From the NCBI RefSeq assembly GCF_009834535.1, contig NC_045696.1, positions 70,248,001 through 70,312,000 of the forward strand: a DNA stretch of 64,000 bases, given 5' to 3'. The translations under genes were made by a program, and so were the position numbers. Shown here piece by piece: positions 1 to 12,619 of the stretch. The DNA comes from Camelus ferus. Taxonomy: Eukaryota. Under the pieces are notes generated by a model that searched no databases, had not been told where the DNA came from, and saw nothing but the letters and a program-made list of their open reading frames with translations. Numbering within the stretch: the stretch's first letter is position 1; each line of letters begins with the position of its first letter.

Positions 1-334
1 AATTCAAACTGAACAGCAATACACTTTTCAGTTCTCCCTTTTTCCCCCACCCAAAACAATACCACAAAACAGAACCTTAAAAGATACCCTTAACCATAAT
101 CTCACATGTTACTAGATTTTATCCTTCTCATTCTCTGGGTTTTGTTTACCTTCATATCACTTGGGCCCTGTAAATGATCTCAAAACTTCCAAAATTCTTT
201 AAACTGCTCTCACAAATACGAATTAGCTCATAACACGGCCAGCTCTCTGGACTTAAAATTCTGACTTTTTTTTTCTCTTGTGCTATCCAGATAGCTTTCC
301 ATGTGGAACTTGTGGTTTTTGGGGGTGGGGGGAA

Positions 335-362
<28 letters not shown>
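335..362. repeat. (AT)n microsatellite
   Basis: About 14 perfect AT units read directly. Confidence 0.95.
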
Positions 363-366
<4 letters not shown>

Positions 367-3300
367 TTACACATTTAAACTATATACTGTAGTATATCTA
401 TGTGCACACACATACACATACACATGCATCTTCCCTAATTTTATGTTCTCTACATGTAACTTTTGTGTTCATGTTCATCTTTCTTTCTATAAGTCACCTT
501 TACCATATTCATCTTGACTCAGGAAAACACAATCTACCCTTGGATTCAATGTATTGCTATCTATTCCTTTAATAAGAATAAGGAGTCCCACTCTAGGCAT
601 CCTGCCCAATGATTTCCCCTTTGTAGCCAGTAGTCATTAATCTCAAGGATCTCAAGAAGCAAAGCATTATTTAGCAGAAATGATTTTACACAGAATACTC
701 TGCCAAGGTATGGTATAAAACACCTGACATCCCATACCTGTTCTATTCGATTAATCACGACTCAGCCCTTAGATTAGTGGCCTTCATTTTGATTTTTAAC
801 AAGATACACAGTCATGTATTTTATATGATAGTGGCATCATATAGGTATATATCTTACACAGCCTATTCTCAAGCAAGTTTCCAATAAAATCCTTCTACTA
901 ATAAAATGAAGATTACTATATCTTTAAATTTCTTGTATAACTCATTTTTCTGACCCACTATTATTATTTCAAATTTCCCCCAATGAAAGTGTGGAGAGAC
1001 AAAGATGGCTAGAGAAGTCACTGGAAATGTTTGCTGAGTTCCAAAGCAGATAATCAGCCAATTCAAAGTAATATTCTCAATACAGAATGAGATTATCCAT
1101 ACATATCTAAATGATCTTTCTGATTTCCTGGTTTTACTAACAGAGAGAACAAGCCATTCTTTGAAATGCCTTAAGCCAGTTCCAAACATCAAGAACAACG
1201 TGAAATAACAGCGGTAAGATTTGTTTAAAGAGTAGAGTCCCCAAATAATAATTAAAATCAAACAAAGCCCATCCCATTCAGTATTACTGAGAGGCTTAGA
1301 GGAACCAGGCCAATGCAATACTAACCTAGGTTTCAAACAAAGGTAATAGCATTCATATCACCTGGGGAGGTCAGCCACATGCTATAAATTGTACACGAGC
1401 ATTGAATTCAACAGCACTAAGTACTTTGTTTATGCACAAATCCTTATTATGAATAATAACCTAATATCAAGGTGAAAAACTGATTAAAATATCAGCAAAC
1501 CTTCCATGCAGCTCTGAAATAAGCTTAACTCACTTGTGTAACCCCGTTCCTTTTAAACAGGGCAAATAATCATAAGGACAAAAGTCCTAAGGAATAGCTG
1601 TGTGCTCCCATAATTACTGAATTAGCCTAAAGCCTTTGTTTCTTAGTATTATAAAAATAAAAACATGTTCACAGTAAAAAATTCAATCCACCAGAAAGAG
1701 AATACAGAAAAATCATGAGTCTTCTTCCTGCTCTAGACTTCTCATCTCATTCCTTAGGGGTACCCTTTCTGTCGCTAGTTGCTCATACAGATTTGAAGAA
1801 ATTTTGCATGTATATACAGAAATGTATGCTTCTAAAAATACAAATGAAAACATACCATACATACAGCTCTATACTGTTTTTCTCCATTAACAATGTATGT
1901 TAGAGATTCTTCCATATTTCCACCTAACTTCATTCTAAGAGTTAAAAAGTACTACATTGTATGAAGGAATTTATTTAACCAGGACTTTGTTAAGGGATGC
2001 TTAGGTTGTTTTTAGCTTTTTTGTTTTTAATTTCAAATAATATGGTGATGAATATCTTCTGTGTACAAGTACAAATATATCTGAAAGATGAATTTCTAGA
2101 AGTACTGTCTGGTTTTAGAACTGAATAAATTCTAAAGAAGCCCACTGTATCTACAGAGGAGACCAGAAAAACTACAAGTTTAACACTTAGTGATTAAAAT
2201 GATGTGCCAAGCACCATCACAAAATTAGAAGTTAAGGTTTTAAAAATTAAAAAACTCCTAAGCTAGGAAAGGTAAATTAGAAAAAAAGAGAAACTTTATC
2301 CCATGGGACAGAAAGATAAGAGGCCTGGAGAATGGATCATCTAAGAGATTTTTTTAAAGAACAAAGAAGAGAAAAGAAAATAGCATAAATAAAGCAGGAC
2401 GTTTTTAAAAGACATTTTTTGGCCTCTCTTCCTGCTTTAACGTAGAGCATAAAAATAAAATTGGCCGGAAGATTTGGGGCATATACTGTTACAGAAACAA
2501 ACTTTGATGTGAAATTTAAATAACTATTTGAGGCCCCATTCTTATAGGATTGAAATATACTACCAGGTTCTAAAGTGTTAAAAGGAGATCTCCCCCCAAA
2601 AAAGAAAACAGAGCAGTAATCTTCTAGGAATAATGTATTTTGTCAATCTCTTTAATTTCTGATCATTTTTACAGAGAAAACAATTGCCTCATATATGTAG
2701 AACAAATCTCTCTCTTTGGAAGGTCCAGATGAAAACACAGTCCTACAATTTCCCAGACCAACCCAGGGCTGTTCTATTTCTCACCTAACATAAAACACAA
2801 TCAACAACTTACCTTTCCCAAAGTGCTAGGATTTGAATGCCAAAATACAAATTGATTCATGTTTTTGTCCATTAATGGTCCGTGGATTTCCTTAAATGAA
2901 GTCCATATTAGAGTCCATAGATATCAGTGTTCTGCAAAACTGAAAACCTCAAGAATATCAATGCACATATCTAAGTTACCGTGTAGATACCAATTTATTA
3001 TGAGTAACAGTTATAATAATTATTATGAATATAGGCATTTAGATGTGAAAAATTAGTGGACATGACATTGAACAGCAGACTGAGGTAGCAAAATTAAGAC
3101 TTTAAGACATTAATATTAACATAAATCTAGAGGATCTCAAAATATTACTTTGTACCAAATTTATATGTATCCTAAAGGTAAGAGCACAAAAAGGTGGGGA
3201 TGGTTGGGATACCAACAATTCCCAGAAATTGGGAAAACAAGTGTTGAAGGCAAGCAAACTTTTAAAAATTAGATGACTTCAATAAGGTATTTACATGTCT

Positions 3301-4539
3301 ACTTTTAGTTTTTTCCAACCCATTTTTAAAGAACATCTTATATTTTTAAATCTTAAAATGCTTACTAGTTTCTCCTTTGTAAAAAATAACAAAAAAAGCC
3401 ATAAATCAAGTTTTCCTACTCCATTATATACATTCTAATGATAAGATTCTAGAAACCACTTAGGAGCTCCTATCTCATGAGACAGCATGAAACCCATACA
3501 CACAATCACCTCCCTACATCTAGAGCAATCACTGCATCTAGACAGTGATTCATGCCCAGATCACACTACATGGCCTGATGTGTACTTGCACTTTTTTCCA
3601 CTTGACAACCAAAAACAATTTGGTTGCACTACTTGTTCTTTACGTCTGTGCCCACTCTTTGTCACATTCAAGACACCTAAGCAAACACTTTACAAAGGAA
3701 ACAATTTAACCTTCAGGGATTCATTCTTTTGGAAGCTTCCCTCAACTGTTTGGAAGGAGTTAAACTTATGCGCACACAACAGGTGAAATCTCTGCTGGAT
3801 TTTTATAAATTACTATTTTCATCTTTGTTATGAAATAATTCTCTTTTACATCTCAAATGTAAAAGGTATCCCAATTTAAGAATGAAAACATTCAGAAAAA
3901 GGAAAGGAAGTTCACATTGCTGAAAAGAAAGTACTTAGAATACTAATTAGAAGCTCAGTGATACAACTGCCGTTTATCATTTGATGGCCAACTCCCGCCC
4001 GGTATCATGTACCTGGAAGTTATTCTCAGAAAAGTAAAGGAACCTTAAAGAAGCCAAATTGATTGCCTTATCCTCTCTACCTACCCCAGAGAAAAATACT
4101 AAGACACATTTCTAAATTTCAATAACCACAAAACAATTAACAACAATGTCCTGAATCTCTACTGCACTGGCATCCTCAAAACCACTGGTCAGCAAACTAA
4201 GCTGGCATCTTTTCTATATTTAGAGAAAGGGATACTGAAGTTCAAAAGTTCCCCCTGCTGAGCCAGAACTGGGTTCGTGCGTTCATTAATTAATTCATTC
4301 GACAGCATCTAAAGAATGCTTAACAGTGGCAAGGCCCTATCCTGCATTGAGATGGGAAGACTAAGTTCCTGTCCCCTACTAGCAGAAAACGACGGGGGAC
4401 GGGGTAGGTGGGAAATGAACTCTAGGTCAGCTCATCTCAATGCCCAGGTTCCAAACTCCTCAGCCCTGAGCGCCAATACTCATAAGCCTGTTACCCTCAG
4501 TCAACCGACTCCTAAAAGACTCAGCCTGTCCATATTCCT

Positions 4540-5000
4540 CAACGACCTCGGCCCTCACGACCCCGTTCCCAAAGTTCCTCGTATCCCTGTCTCCTCAGGG
4601 AGTCCCACGTCAAGGAGCCTTTTCTCCAGCCACCGCCTCATGGGAGACCTACGTTTCTCTGCCCGAGCTTGTGGCTTCGAGCAAACGGAGCCCCCAACCC
4701 CAACTTCCACCCTTGTCCCGGTCAAGGTTCGGCCCGCAGGTTACCTGCCCGGGATCCACGGTTCCAGGATGGCCACGGAAGCCCCGCCCCGCCCATCGCG
4801 ACGCCCTCCACAACCAGGTACCACCTCCGGGGCGTAACTTCCGGGCGTCGCGTCCCGCCTGAATGCCTCCGTGCCCCGCGGTCCCGCTAAGCGCCCACCG
4901 CCTCTAGTTGACGTCACTTCCGACCTGTTTCTCGGTACCCCCGGGATCCGGCGCTCTCCGGGTCTTGTTTACGCGGGTTTTTTTTCGCCTGCTGTGTAGC
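4540..5000 (-). promoter_or_regulatory. MAP3K13: CpG island promoter and probable non-coding first exon of a minus-strand gene, likely the distal MAP3K13 promoter
   Basis: High CpG density, GC box GCCCCGCCCC (4781-4790), ETS sites ACTTCCG (4837-4843, 4916-4922), full CRE TGACGTCA (4909-4916), and a minus-strand donor CAG|GTAACC with the exon ending at 4745. Gene identity rests only on recalled head-to-head EHHADH/MAP3K13 synteny; no MAP3K13 coding exon is in the window. Confidence 0.55.
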
Positions 5001-5189
5001 CCAGCCTGAAGAAGTGCGTTTTTTGGTTTTCAAGCTTCTTTGCTAGCTTCTGCAGCCTCTTCTACACTCACTTTGCTCCTTCTGTATGTTGAGCTCATCA
5101 CGGTTTCCCGGACTCCTCAGGCCCTTCGGAGAATCACAAGGATTTCTCAGTTTCGCTCAAGTGATGCTGCCTCTCATTGTAACGGTATT

Positions 5190-5345
5190 TCCTAGGCAAG
5201 TTACTTAGCCTTTCTGTGCCGTTTCCTCAAGCGTGAAATAGGTTAATACTAGTATCTGGAACATAAGGTTGGTGTTTTATTACTTGGGATAATACGTGGG
5301 AAGCGCTGGCACAGTGAAAGCGTTCAAAGAGTGCTAGCTATTACA
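5190..5345 (+). mobile_element. MIR SINE fragment
   Basis: MIR core-like text ggcaagttacttagcctttctgtgccgtttcctc...gcgctggcacagt. Confidence 0.6.
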
Positions 5346-5635
5346 AGCCCTCTCTGATTCCCTTATATGTTGGAACATATAAGTGGTAAAGGGGAATGGA
5401 ACCAGCTTCCCTGCTATCCTTGGAAAGGGATTAATTAATGATGCCTGGTACTTTCTCTGAACTGAGAGTCAGCTTGTTTGGGTTCCATGCCTAGCTCTGC
5501 TATTAACTAGCCATGTGACCTTAAGCATATCACTTCACCTCTCAGCCTCAGTTTCCTCTTGAAGGTCCTACCTGGAGTAAGCCTTGTCTTTTTTGTCTAG
5601 TAGGAAAAACAAACAAATATGATTATTTCCTGCTG

Positions 5636-5653
5636 TGACCACTAGATGGCTTC
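5636..5653 (+). promoter_or_regulatory. Candidate CTCF site
   Basis: TGACCACTAGATGGCTTC matches the CTCF core CCASYAGRKGGC. Confidence 0.55.
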
Positions 5654-6325
5654 TTTGCTTTGCTTTGCTTTGTTTTCCCTCCCTTCTCCTCTCTCCTCCC
5701 TCCTGCTTCCTCCTGTCTCCTTCCCTACCTTTCTCCATTTCTTGTTAGTTTGTCTGACCAAAGACATTATTATACCACCTATCTGAACAACCATCTATAC
5801 TGGTAAAAATTGAGTATCCTAAGACTGAGAGATGACAAGTCTAAAACGTTTGTTGAATGAATGAAAGAATGAATGGATTCCAGGATTACTTTTGGACCAT
5901 TCTATCCCCTACTACTATTGCCCCTTTCTCTTATTAAAATTCTTCCTTTTTTTAAGGCGGTAGCAGTGGAAAGAGGAAGAAGAGATGAGAAAATAGACAG
6001 GAGTTGGATTCAGAGGAAAATGGAGAAAAAGGCATTGCTCTCCATCTCAAAACACACATCAGCGCATTGTGGATGAAATAATATAATGTCTGAGACTTTT
6101 TTTTAAATAATACGTGAGGGTTCAGATGACAACTATTGAACATATATTGATATTATTGAAGTTGGGTACATGGGGATTCATAATAGTCCTTCTATTTTTT
6201 GGTGTTTGCTTGAAAATTTCTACAATACAAAGTTAAAAATTAGGTAGATTATGAGTACATTTCCCTTCCTGTAGACAAGACCAAGTTCAAACCATCCCAC
6301 TGAATATCAGAATGCTTTTGCTTCA

Positions 6326-6730
6326 TGTTACAGAAGACTTGCCATAGACTGAGTTTTCTGGAAGTAGACACTGATATGGAGATTGGGAGAAAGATTTTTA
6401 TTAGGAATGGAAGAAAGCAGGACTGGCCAGAGAAAGAATTTGAACTGCTTTTCAGGTCTAAAGACTCTTCAGCCTACCTGGGAAGTTCCTCTAGAATGAG
6501 TATCACCCATCAGAGTATCTTGTGTCAGACTGAAGTGGCCAGCCCTTTCTAATGCATGCAGTCCACCCAGAAAGGCTGTAATCTCATGCAACATGGCTCT
6601 CTGCAGCTGAGACAGACCATGAAGAGACTGACAGCTGAGGGCTGCCTGCTGACCACACTCCAGGAGCTGTCCAGCAAGCCCTTTCTTGAAGGGGAATCTG
6701 GGCAGCATCTTTGCATCTTCAACAAAACAC
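6326..6730 (-). mobile_element. ERVL-type LTR (LTR16-like)
   Basis: Resembles the reverse complement of the LTR-like segment at 58785-59182 and the copy at 61586-62030; family named from memory. Confidence 0.45.
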
Positions 6731-7143
6731 AACAGAAACTAACTTAATCAATAAGGGATGTATTGACTTCTGTAAGAGAACTGTTATGACAGGCATCAGG
6801 GTTGGTTGCTCCCTCAACTCAGTGATATCATCCAGGACCCATATTTCTTTCCCTCTTTGTCCTGCCTTCAGTGACATCTGTTTCTGCTTATGGCCGACCT
6901 TCCTGGAGGTGGCACAATGACTAGCAGTTTATCTTCACATCTGTACACTGTGCATACTCTCAGATGGGATGGACGCACATTCAGTAATTCCAGGATGATT
7001 CTCAGGCTAGAAAAGAGAAAAATATACATTAATTTCTGGACTGGGCACTCTAGTCTCTATAATTTTTATCTTTAACTGTAGTATAGGGCTTTACATTGCT
7101 CACCATTAAATGTCATGCTGTCACAGACTCACCCTAGAATTCT

Positions 7144-7520
7144 GTGTTAGTTAGAATAGATAGTGTAATACCACAGTAAATAAACAACCCCAAACCTAAA
7201 TGTCTTAAAGTAACTTAAATTAATTTCTAATACTAAAATATTACTTTGGGTCTACAGTGAGGCTCTGTTCATGATAGTCACTCAGGAACCCAGGCTGATT
7301 GAGCAACCACTGTCTTGATCATTGCCAGTAACCAAGCCAGAGGAAAAAAGAATCTGGTAAAGCAGGTGTTAACATGTTTCCACCACTTCTCTCATTTTGT
7401 TGGCCACAGCAATGTCAGATGACCTCACTTTCTTCAGTGGGCAGGGAAGTGCAATTCTACCATCAGTAAGGAGGGGAAAAAAATAGAATATTTGTGAACA
7501 GCACCAATGACTCTTACAAA
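7144..7520 (-). mobile_element. Old MaLR (MLT1) LTR
   Basis: Starts tgtgttagttag...aaacaaccccaaa and carries MLT1-like motifs (cactcaggaacccaggctga). Confidence 0.5.
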
Positions 7521-8789
7521 GCCAGCTTTATATTTTAGGTCTCAGTGACAAACTCATCTAGAATTCAGCTGTACCAATCTGTGAATAAAGCACAGAGCAG
7601 TAGAAAAGGTCCTCCACAGTTTCTCTCATTTAATTCTATTGTAATGTAAGCAGTTATATACTGTGTGTATATGAAATTTTTCTGACATTATTAGTTGCTC
7701 AGCTTGAAAAATAATATAGTTCAAGGCAGAATCAAGTCAAGAACACTGCAGTAAACTACCCAAGCTTCCCTCCTGCGTTTCTTAACCAAAGGTGTGCATT
7801 AAAATTCTTTGGGAAGCTTTTTAAAGTTGCTGAGTCCATCCAGAATCAGAACCTCCCAGAGGGAGTGCCAGATGTGTGCATTTTCAAAATACTTGCTTCT
7901 CCCTCTACTCCCTCAGTTAAGATCTACTATCCCATAATAGTTTGAAGCAGGCAACTTGAGGGCATATAGCATGTATTTTAGCTCATTGCATTAACAGTAT
8001 CTAGCACCTGTAATTGCTGAATAAAAATGTAATTGGTCTAATGCTTATTCAGAGAACATTGTACTCAAATAACCCACATCATATCCGCAAGGATTCCATC
8101 ATCTAACTGTGGTATCTCTAGGAATCTCAGTACAACATTCCTCTGACCTTCCAATGTATTAATCCTCTCAAAAACTGAAATGAAATTAATTTGGCATATC
8201 TTCTCAGTGAACACAATGTATCTTTGATGATCACAAACCATTTTCTTAATGAATTATTCTAATGTTTCATAAGGTATTGATTTAAAACTTACCAGTCAAC
8301 ATCTTTTACCATCTTCATGCCTACTCAAAAATAAAAACACGTGCCTGGTCTTCTGGCCCCTTGCCTCTCCCTTGGGATTTCTCAATGCTATAATCACATC
8401 AGCACAATCTCCAGGTTTAAAATCTAGGCAGTTTGATGGGAAAACCTGGAAATAAATAATAGTTGCTAGAACTTGTGATGATTATATTAATGGAAGTATG
8501 AGTTGTGCCAACTTGTTTTATTTTGACCTTAACAATACATGGTATATTAGTTTGAATCCTGTTTGCTATTCAAAACAGATGGAACTATAATCCTAGAGGA
8601 AAAACACTATTCAATTTGACTCATCTGAAAGGATAATAACATTAACAATGTCTAATAATATGACTTTTTGCTGAGAACTTTTCATAAGCCAGGCAGATTC
8701 TAAATGTTTATTCACTCAAAAAGGGAGGAGACCACACTTGGTGACAAAGAAAAATACAATGTAACTCATATTTAAGGACAACTAGCCTA

Positions 8790-9400
8790 ATAATAAAAAA
8801 TGGACAAGTATTGGCAAGGATTTGGAGAAATTGGAACCTCGAACATTGCTGTATATTTTGTATGCTAAATGGTGTCAGTTTGGCAATTCCTCAAAAAGTT
8901 AAAGATAGAATTACCATATGACCAAGCAATTCTACTTCTAGGTGTAGAAAATTAAAAACATAATTTACACAAAACCATGTACATTAAATGTTCAAAGCAG
9001 CATTGTTTATAATAACCAAAAAGTGGAAGCAACCCAAATATCCACCAACTGATGAACTGGATAAACAAACTGGATATTCAGCCATAAAAAGGAATGAAGT
9101 CCTGATACATGCTACTAAATGGGTGACTCTTAAAAACATTATGCTAGGTGAAAGAAACCAGACACAAAAGGCCACATATTGTGTGATTCCGTTTTTGTGA
9201 AATGTCCAGAATATGTAAACTCAGAGACAGATTAGTGTCTCCCTTAGGGTAGATCTGTGTTGGCTAGGGGAGGAGGCGAAAGGGGAATGTAAGTGACTGC
9301 TTTTGGGGGTGTTAAAATGTTCTGGAATTAGAAAGTGGTGATGGTAGATAATATTGTGAATATACTAAAAAATCACAGAATTGCACACTTCAAATGAGTG
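8790..9400 (+). mobile_element. L1 (L1M) 3' fragment: ORF2 C-terminus and 3' UTR
   Basis: ORF 8988-9200 reads FKAALFIITKKWKQPKYP, the L1 ORF2 C-terminal motif, followed by L1MB-type UTR. Confidence 0.85.
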
Positions 9401-9525
9401 TCCAGAACAACTTATGTAGTGATTAACTAGAGATAGCTTCTCATATGAGAACTGGTCATCCTAGAGAAAGAGCCTAAAAGGAGCAGGTTTAAGACTGACT
9501 TGTTAGCTGAAAGAGTGTTTATTAA

Positions 9526-9664
9526 TTTTGTTTTTGTTTTCAGTGGGGATTGGGTAATTAGGTTTATTTATTTATTTATTATTTTTTAACAGAGGTACTG
9601 AGGATTGAACCCAGGAACTTGTGCATGCTTGGTATGCACTCTACCACTGAGCTATAGTCTCCCC
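9526..9664 (-). mobile_element. tRNA-derived SINE (camelid vic-1-like)
   Basis: Reverse complement of ggggagactatagctcagtggtagag...ggttcaatcc with A/B boxes and (AAAT)n tail; approximate TSD aagagtgtt(t/c)..attaa on both sides. Confidence 0.85.
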
Positions 9665-10646
9665 ACTGGAAGGAGTGTTCTATTAAAGAGAGACTTAGTT
9701 TATAACAAAAGAAGAGTCAGGGAGTGGAATGTCCTAAGGAACAGGGCAAATTTTTAGCAAGCAGGACTGCCAAGTACTAAGTTCCCCATCACTGGGAGCA
9801 TTCAAAGAAAGATGGGTAATCTTGTGCTAGGAATGTTGTTGAGGCATGAAAAAAGAATATTGACTAAAGATATGAGAAAGAATATTAAACTAAATAAGCG
9901 AGGGCATCTCAAATTATGTGTATGTAGCCTCTTTTTAAATGGTGCCAGTTTATCAGAATATATATGTGTGTGTGTGTGTGTATCTCCAAGGCTCAAAACT
10001 TGAGCAAGCCATGTGAAATTATAAAAATTATTATTACTGATAATATCAGTATGTGAAGAAATTATTTTTATCCTGTCTCTCATTTCAGACACTATATGAG
10101 CAGCTTTTCTCCCCAAGCCAACTTCACTGTACTCTCTGCCCATTTTTTCATTGTATTAGTTAGGACAGGTTAAAATTTTTTAGCAGTCCATGTTGGTTCC
10201 AGTCAGTGGGGCAGCTCTCCTTCACAAAATAATGTGGGAAGTCAGACTTCTAGCTGTGGCTCTCTCCTCCCCTGGAGACTCCTGTCTGCTTGTATTCCAC
10301 AGTGAAAGGGGAAGGGACACTGAAGAGAACATGTGAGAAATTTTATTTCTCCAACTAGAAAGCAGTATCTTGCAATTATTCCCCCAAAACAAACAAACAA
10401 CAACAAAAAAAAAAAACCCAAAACCCTGATGGTTTACCAAAGAAGTCAGCTCTGATAGCTTCATGCCACAGTTAAATGGAGTTTCACAACATAACCCCTG
10501 GGTTCCAGAAATAAAAGACTACCAATGCAGGGAAAGCTAAGGTGAGATAGCTAGCTCTGGTTTTAGTATAAGTACATATTTGCATGTTCTAGTACACAAA
10601 AGTTTTATATTTACATTCTTATATTTTTCTTTTAAGCTCTAATGAA

Positions 10647-10785
10647 CTTTTTATTGAAGTATAGTTGATTTACAATATTGTGTTATTTTCAGGTGTACAA
10701 CAGTGATTCAGTTACATATATATGTTCACACACACATTTTTTCAACTTTTCCATTATAGGTTAATACAAGATATTGAATATACTT
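10647..10785 (-). mobile_element. Short L1 3' tail (cetartiodactyl type)
   Basis: ttttattgaagtatagttgatttacaatattgtg, the same tail as the + strand copy at 47985-48178. Confidence 0.75.
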
Positions 10786-12619
10786 CTGATCAACTGGTCT
10801 ATTTGTGAATTGCAACATCATGACAACAAATGACATATTTAACAAGCAAAAGCAGTAACATGCAACTGATGTGGAAGTGCATTAGTCAAGAGGAACGGCA
10901 TCCTGTTTAGTAGCACTTATTGAGACAAATGAGAAGACAACTCAATATAACAATCCATCACAATGATCAAGAGACTGTCAAAGGATCAAGGGGTCTGTAA
11001 GCAGCAGCATGGTGGCACCTGCTAAACTTGGCTTGCCACACTTCCACAGATTTGGCCCGTAAGGAGTCTAAATAGATTTAGACAGTTTATTATTTACATA
11101 GACAGCAAAACAAAGACCAGCATGTGTCAGCTCCCTGCATCCCTAGTCCCACAGTAAGACACCAAACAGGAGGGGCTGGATGACAGAATATAGGAACTGT
11201 GGGGATCGCTCTGTTGTTAAGGAGCAGGGTAGGGTCAGCAACTGCATGAAACTGGGAGTGAGTGTCCTCTTCAGTTTTGCCTATGAGGTGCCTTGCTCAC
11301 CTGCCCTAGTTCCTGCCCTGTTGAGGAGCCAACTACTGCCAAGCAGTCATACAGATTTACACAGAAGTTTGCAGCTGTGCCTAAGGGGAGGGTGGTGCAA
11401 GGTAGAAAGTTCTGTGTTCATCTGGAACTGGAGAGAGAGATTAGAAATGACTTGTGGCTGACCCCAATATAAAGATGAGAAACTGCCTCTAGGCCGTGCC
11501 ACAACATGCTGTTCTCTGCTTGCTCCAGGAGCAATTTCAGAATCGTTAAGCCTTGCCTGCGTGGCCTCTGTGGAGACTTTCAAACTTGTTAGGATGCCAC
11601 AGCAGAGTTGTTCCCCTGGAGACCAATATCTGAAACAAGAAGACAACACTGAATGTATTGCTTCCTGCAGTAAGGGAAAGCTACGTTGGCCATACACAGT
11701 CTCTCCAAGCAGAGCACACTGTTAATCTTACATCAAGTTTTTGGGAAAGGTGGAATTTGGGGATTGGTGAGTTTGAGAGGTAGTAGAGATTGATGCCACT
11801 TGAAAGAAACTGGTTGGTGTTGAATGTTGGCACCCAGAGGAACGTGATTGGCTGTCTGTCAAAGGTGAGGGTCTGTCCTTGATAGGTTGTCCTTGATGGA
11901 TTGGATAGGTTATGTCTGCTACTTGTTTCCAGGGCTTCAAGGCCATGGGTACTTTCCTAGAAGTAGGAAACTGGTTTTATTTTCAATAGATAAAAGAGTA
12001 TGTATGAAAATAATTCTTAATCGTTGCCAACATTTGTTTTGTTCCCTCTGAAACTTCCAGAGTGCCTTCAGACCACCTGATGGACTGCAGAGACCATTGG
12101 AGGCCAATTGCATCTTGAAAAACCTTGTCCCAGCTAGAAGTTTTAGAGGGAAGGGGCTGGGCCTGCCTGCAGCCTAACAGCATAGGTACTTGATTCCCGG
12201 TTGAAGAATTAGAAATCACAATCCTTAGGAATGGCAACAGGAAAAAAAAAAAAGGAAAGTTGTGGTTTACACTCGATTGCTGTATGACAGTTCAGTAAAT
12301 ATTTGGTTGATGTTAGTACCATACTCATTTAGGTGAAATGCATAATCTGTGTGTTTTATGTGTTCCAGGTGTGTGTCATCACATGATTGTCAGGATCCCA
12401 GATATATCTCTCCCTGTTAAGAAGGATCATGAAGATGAAATCTGTGATGGGGATGCTCCACCAACTTAACGATCCCAGAACTTGTCCGGGGAAGCCAGCC
12501 CCTCTGGGCCTGGAGTTTGCAGATCTCGACTTGCATGGACCTTCCTCCCACTGCCCATCGTCCTCCCTGATCTATTTTGTAATGGGAGCAGGATGGGAAC
12601 CAACAAAGAGGAAGAGACG

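Noticed and set aside
278..4300. Short ORFs in the first 4.3 kb
   Set aside because: No recognisable domains and some run through simple repeats; consistent with chance ORFs in AT-rich non-coding DNA.
4316..4890. 173-aa and overlapping ORFs across the CpG island
   Set aside because: Pro/Arg/Ser-rich translations typical of stop-poor GC-rich DNA, with no recognisable homology.
9000..12300. Search for the rat-type upstream EHHADH PPRE
   Set aside because: No convincing match by eye; only a weak DR1-like CTGTCAAAGGTGA at 11856-11868 within LTR-like sequence.
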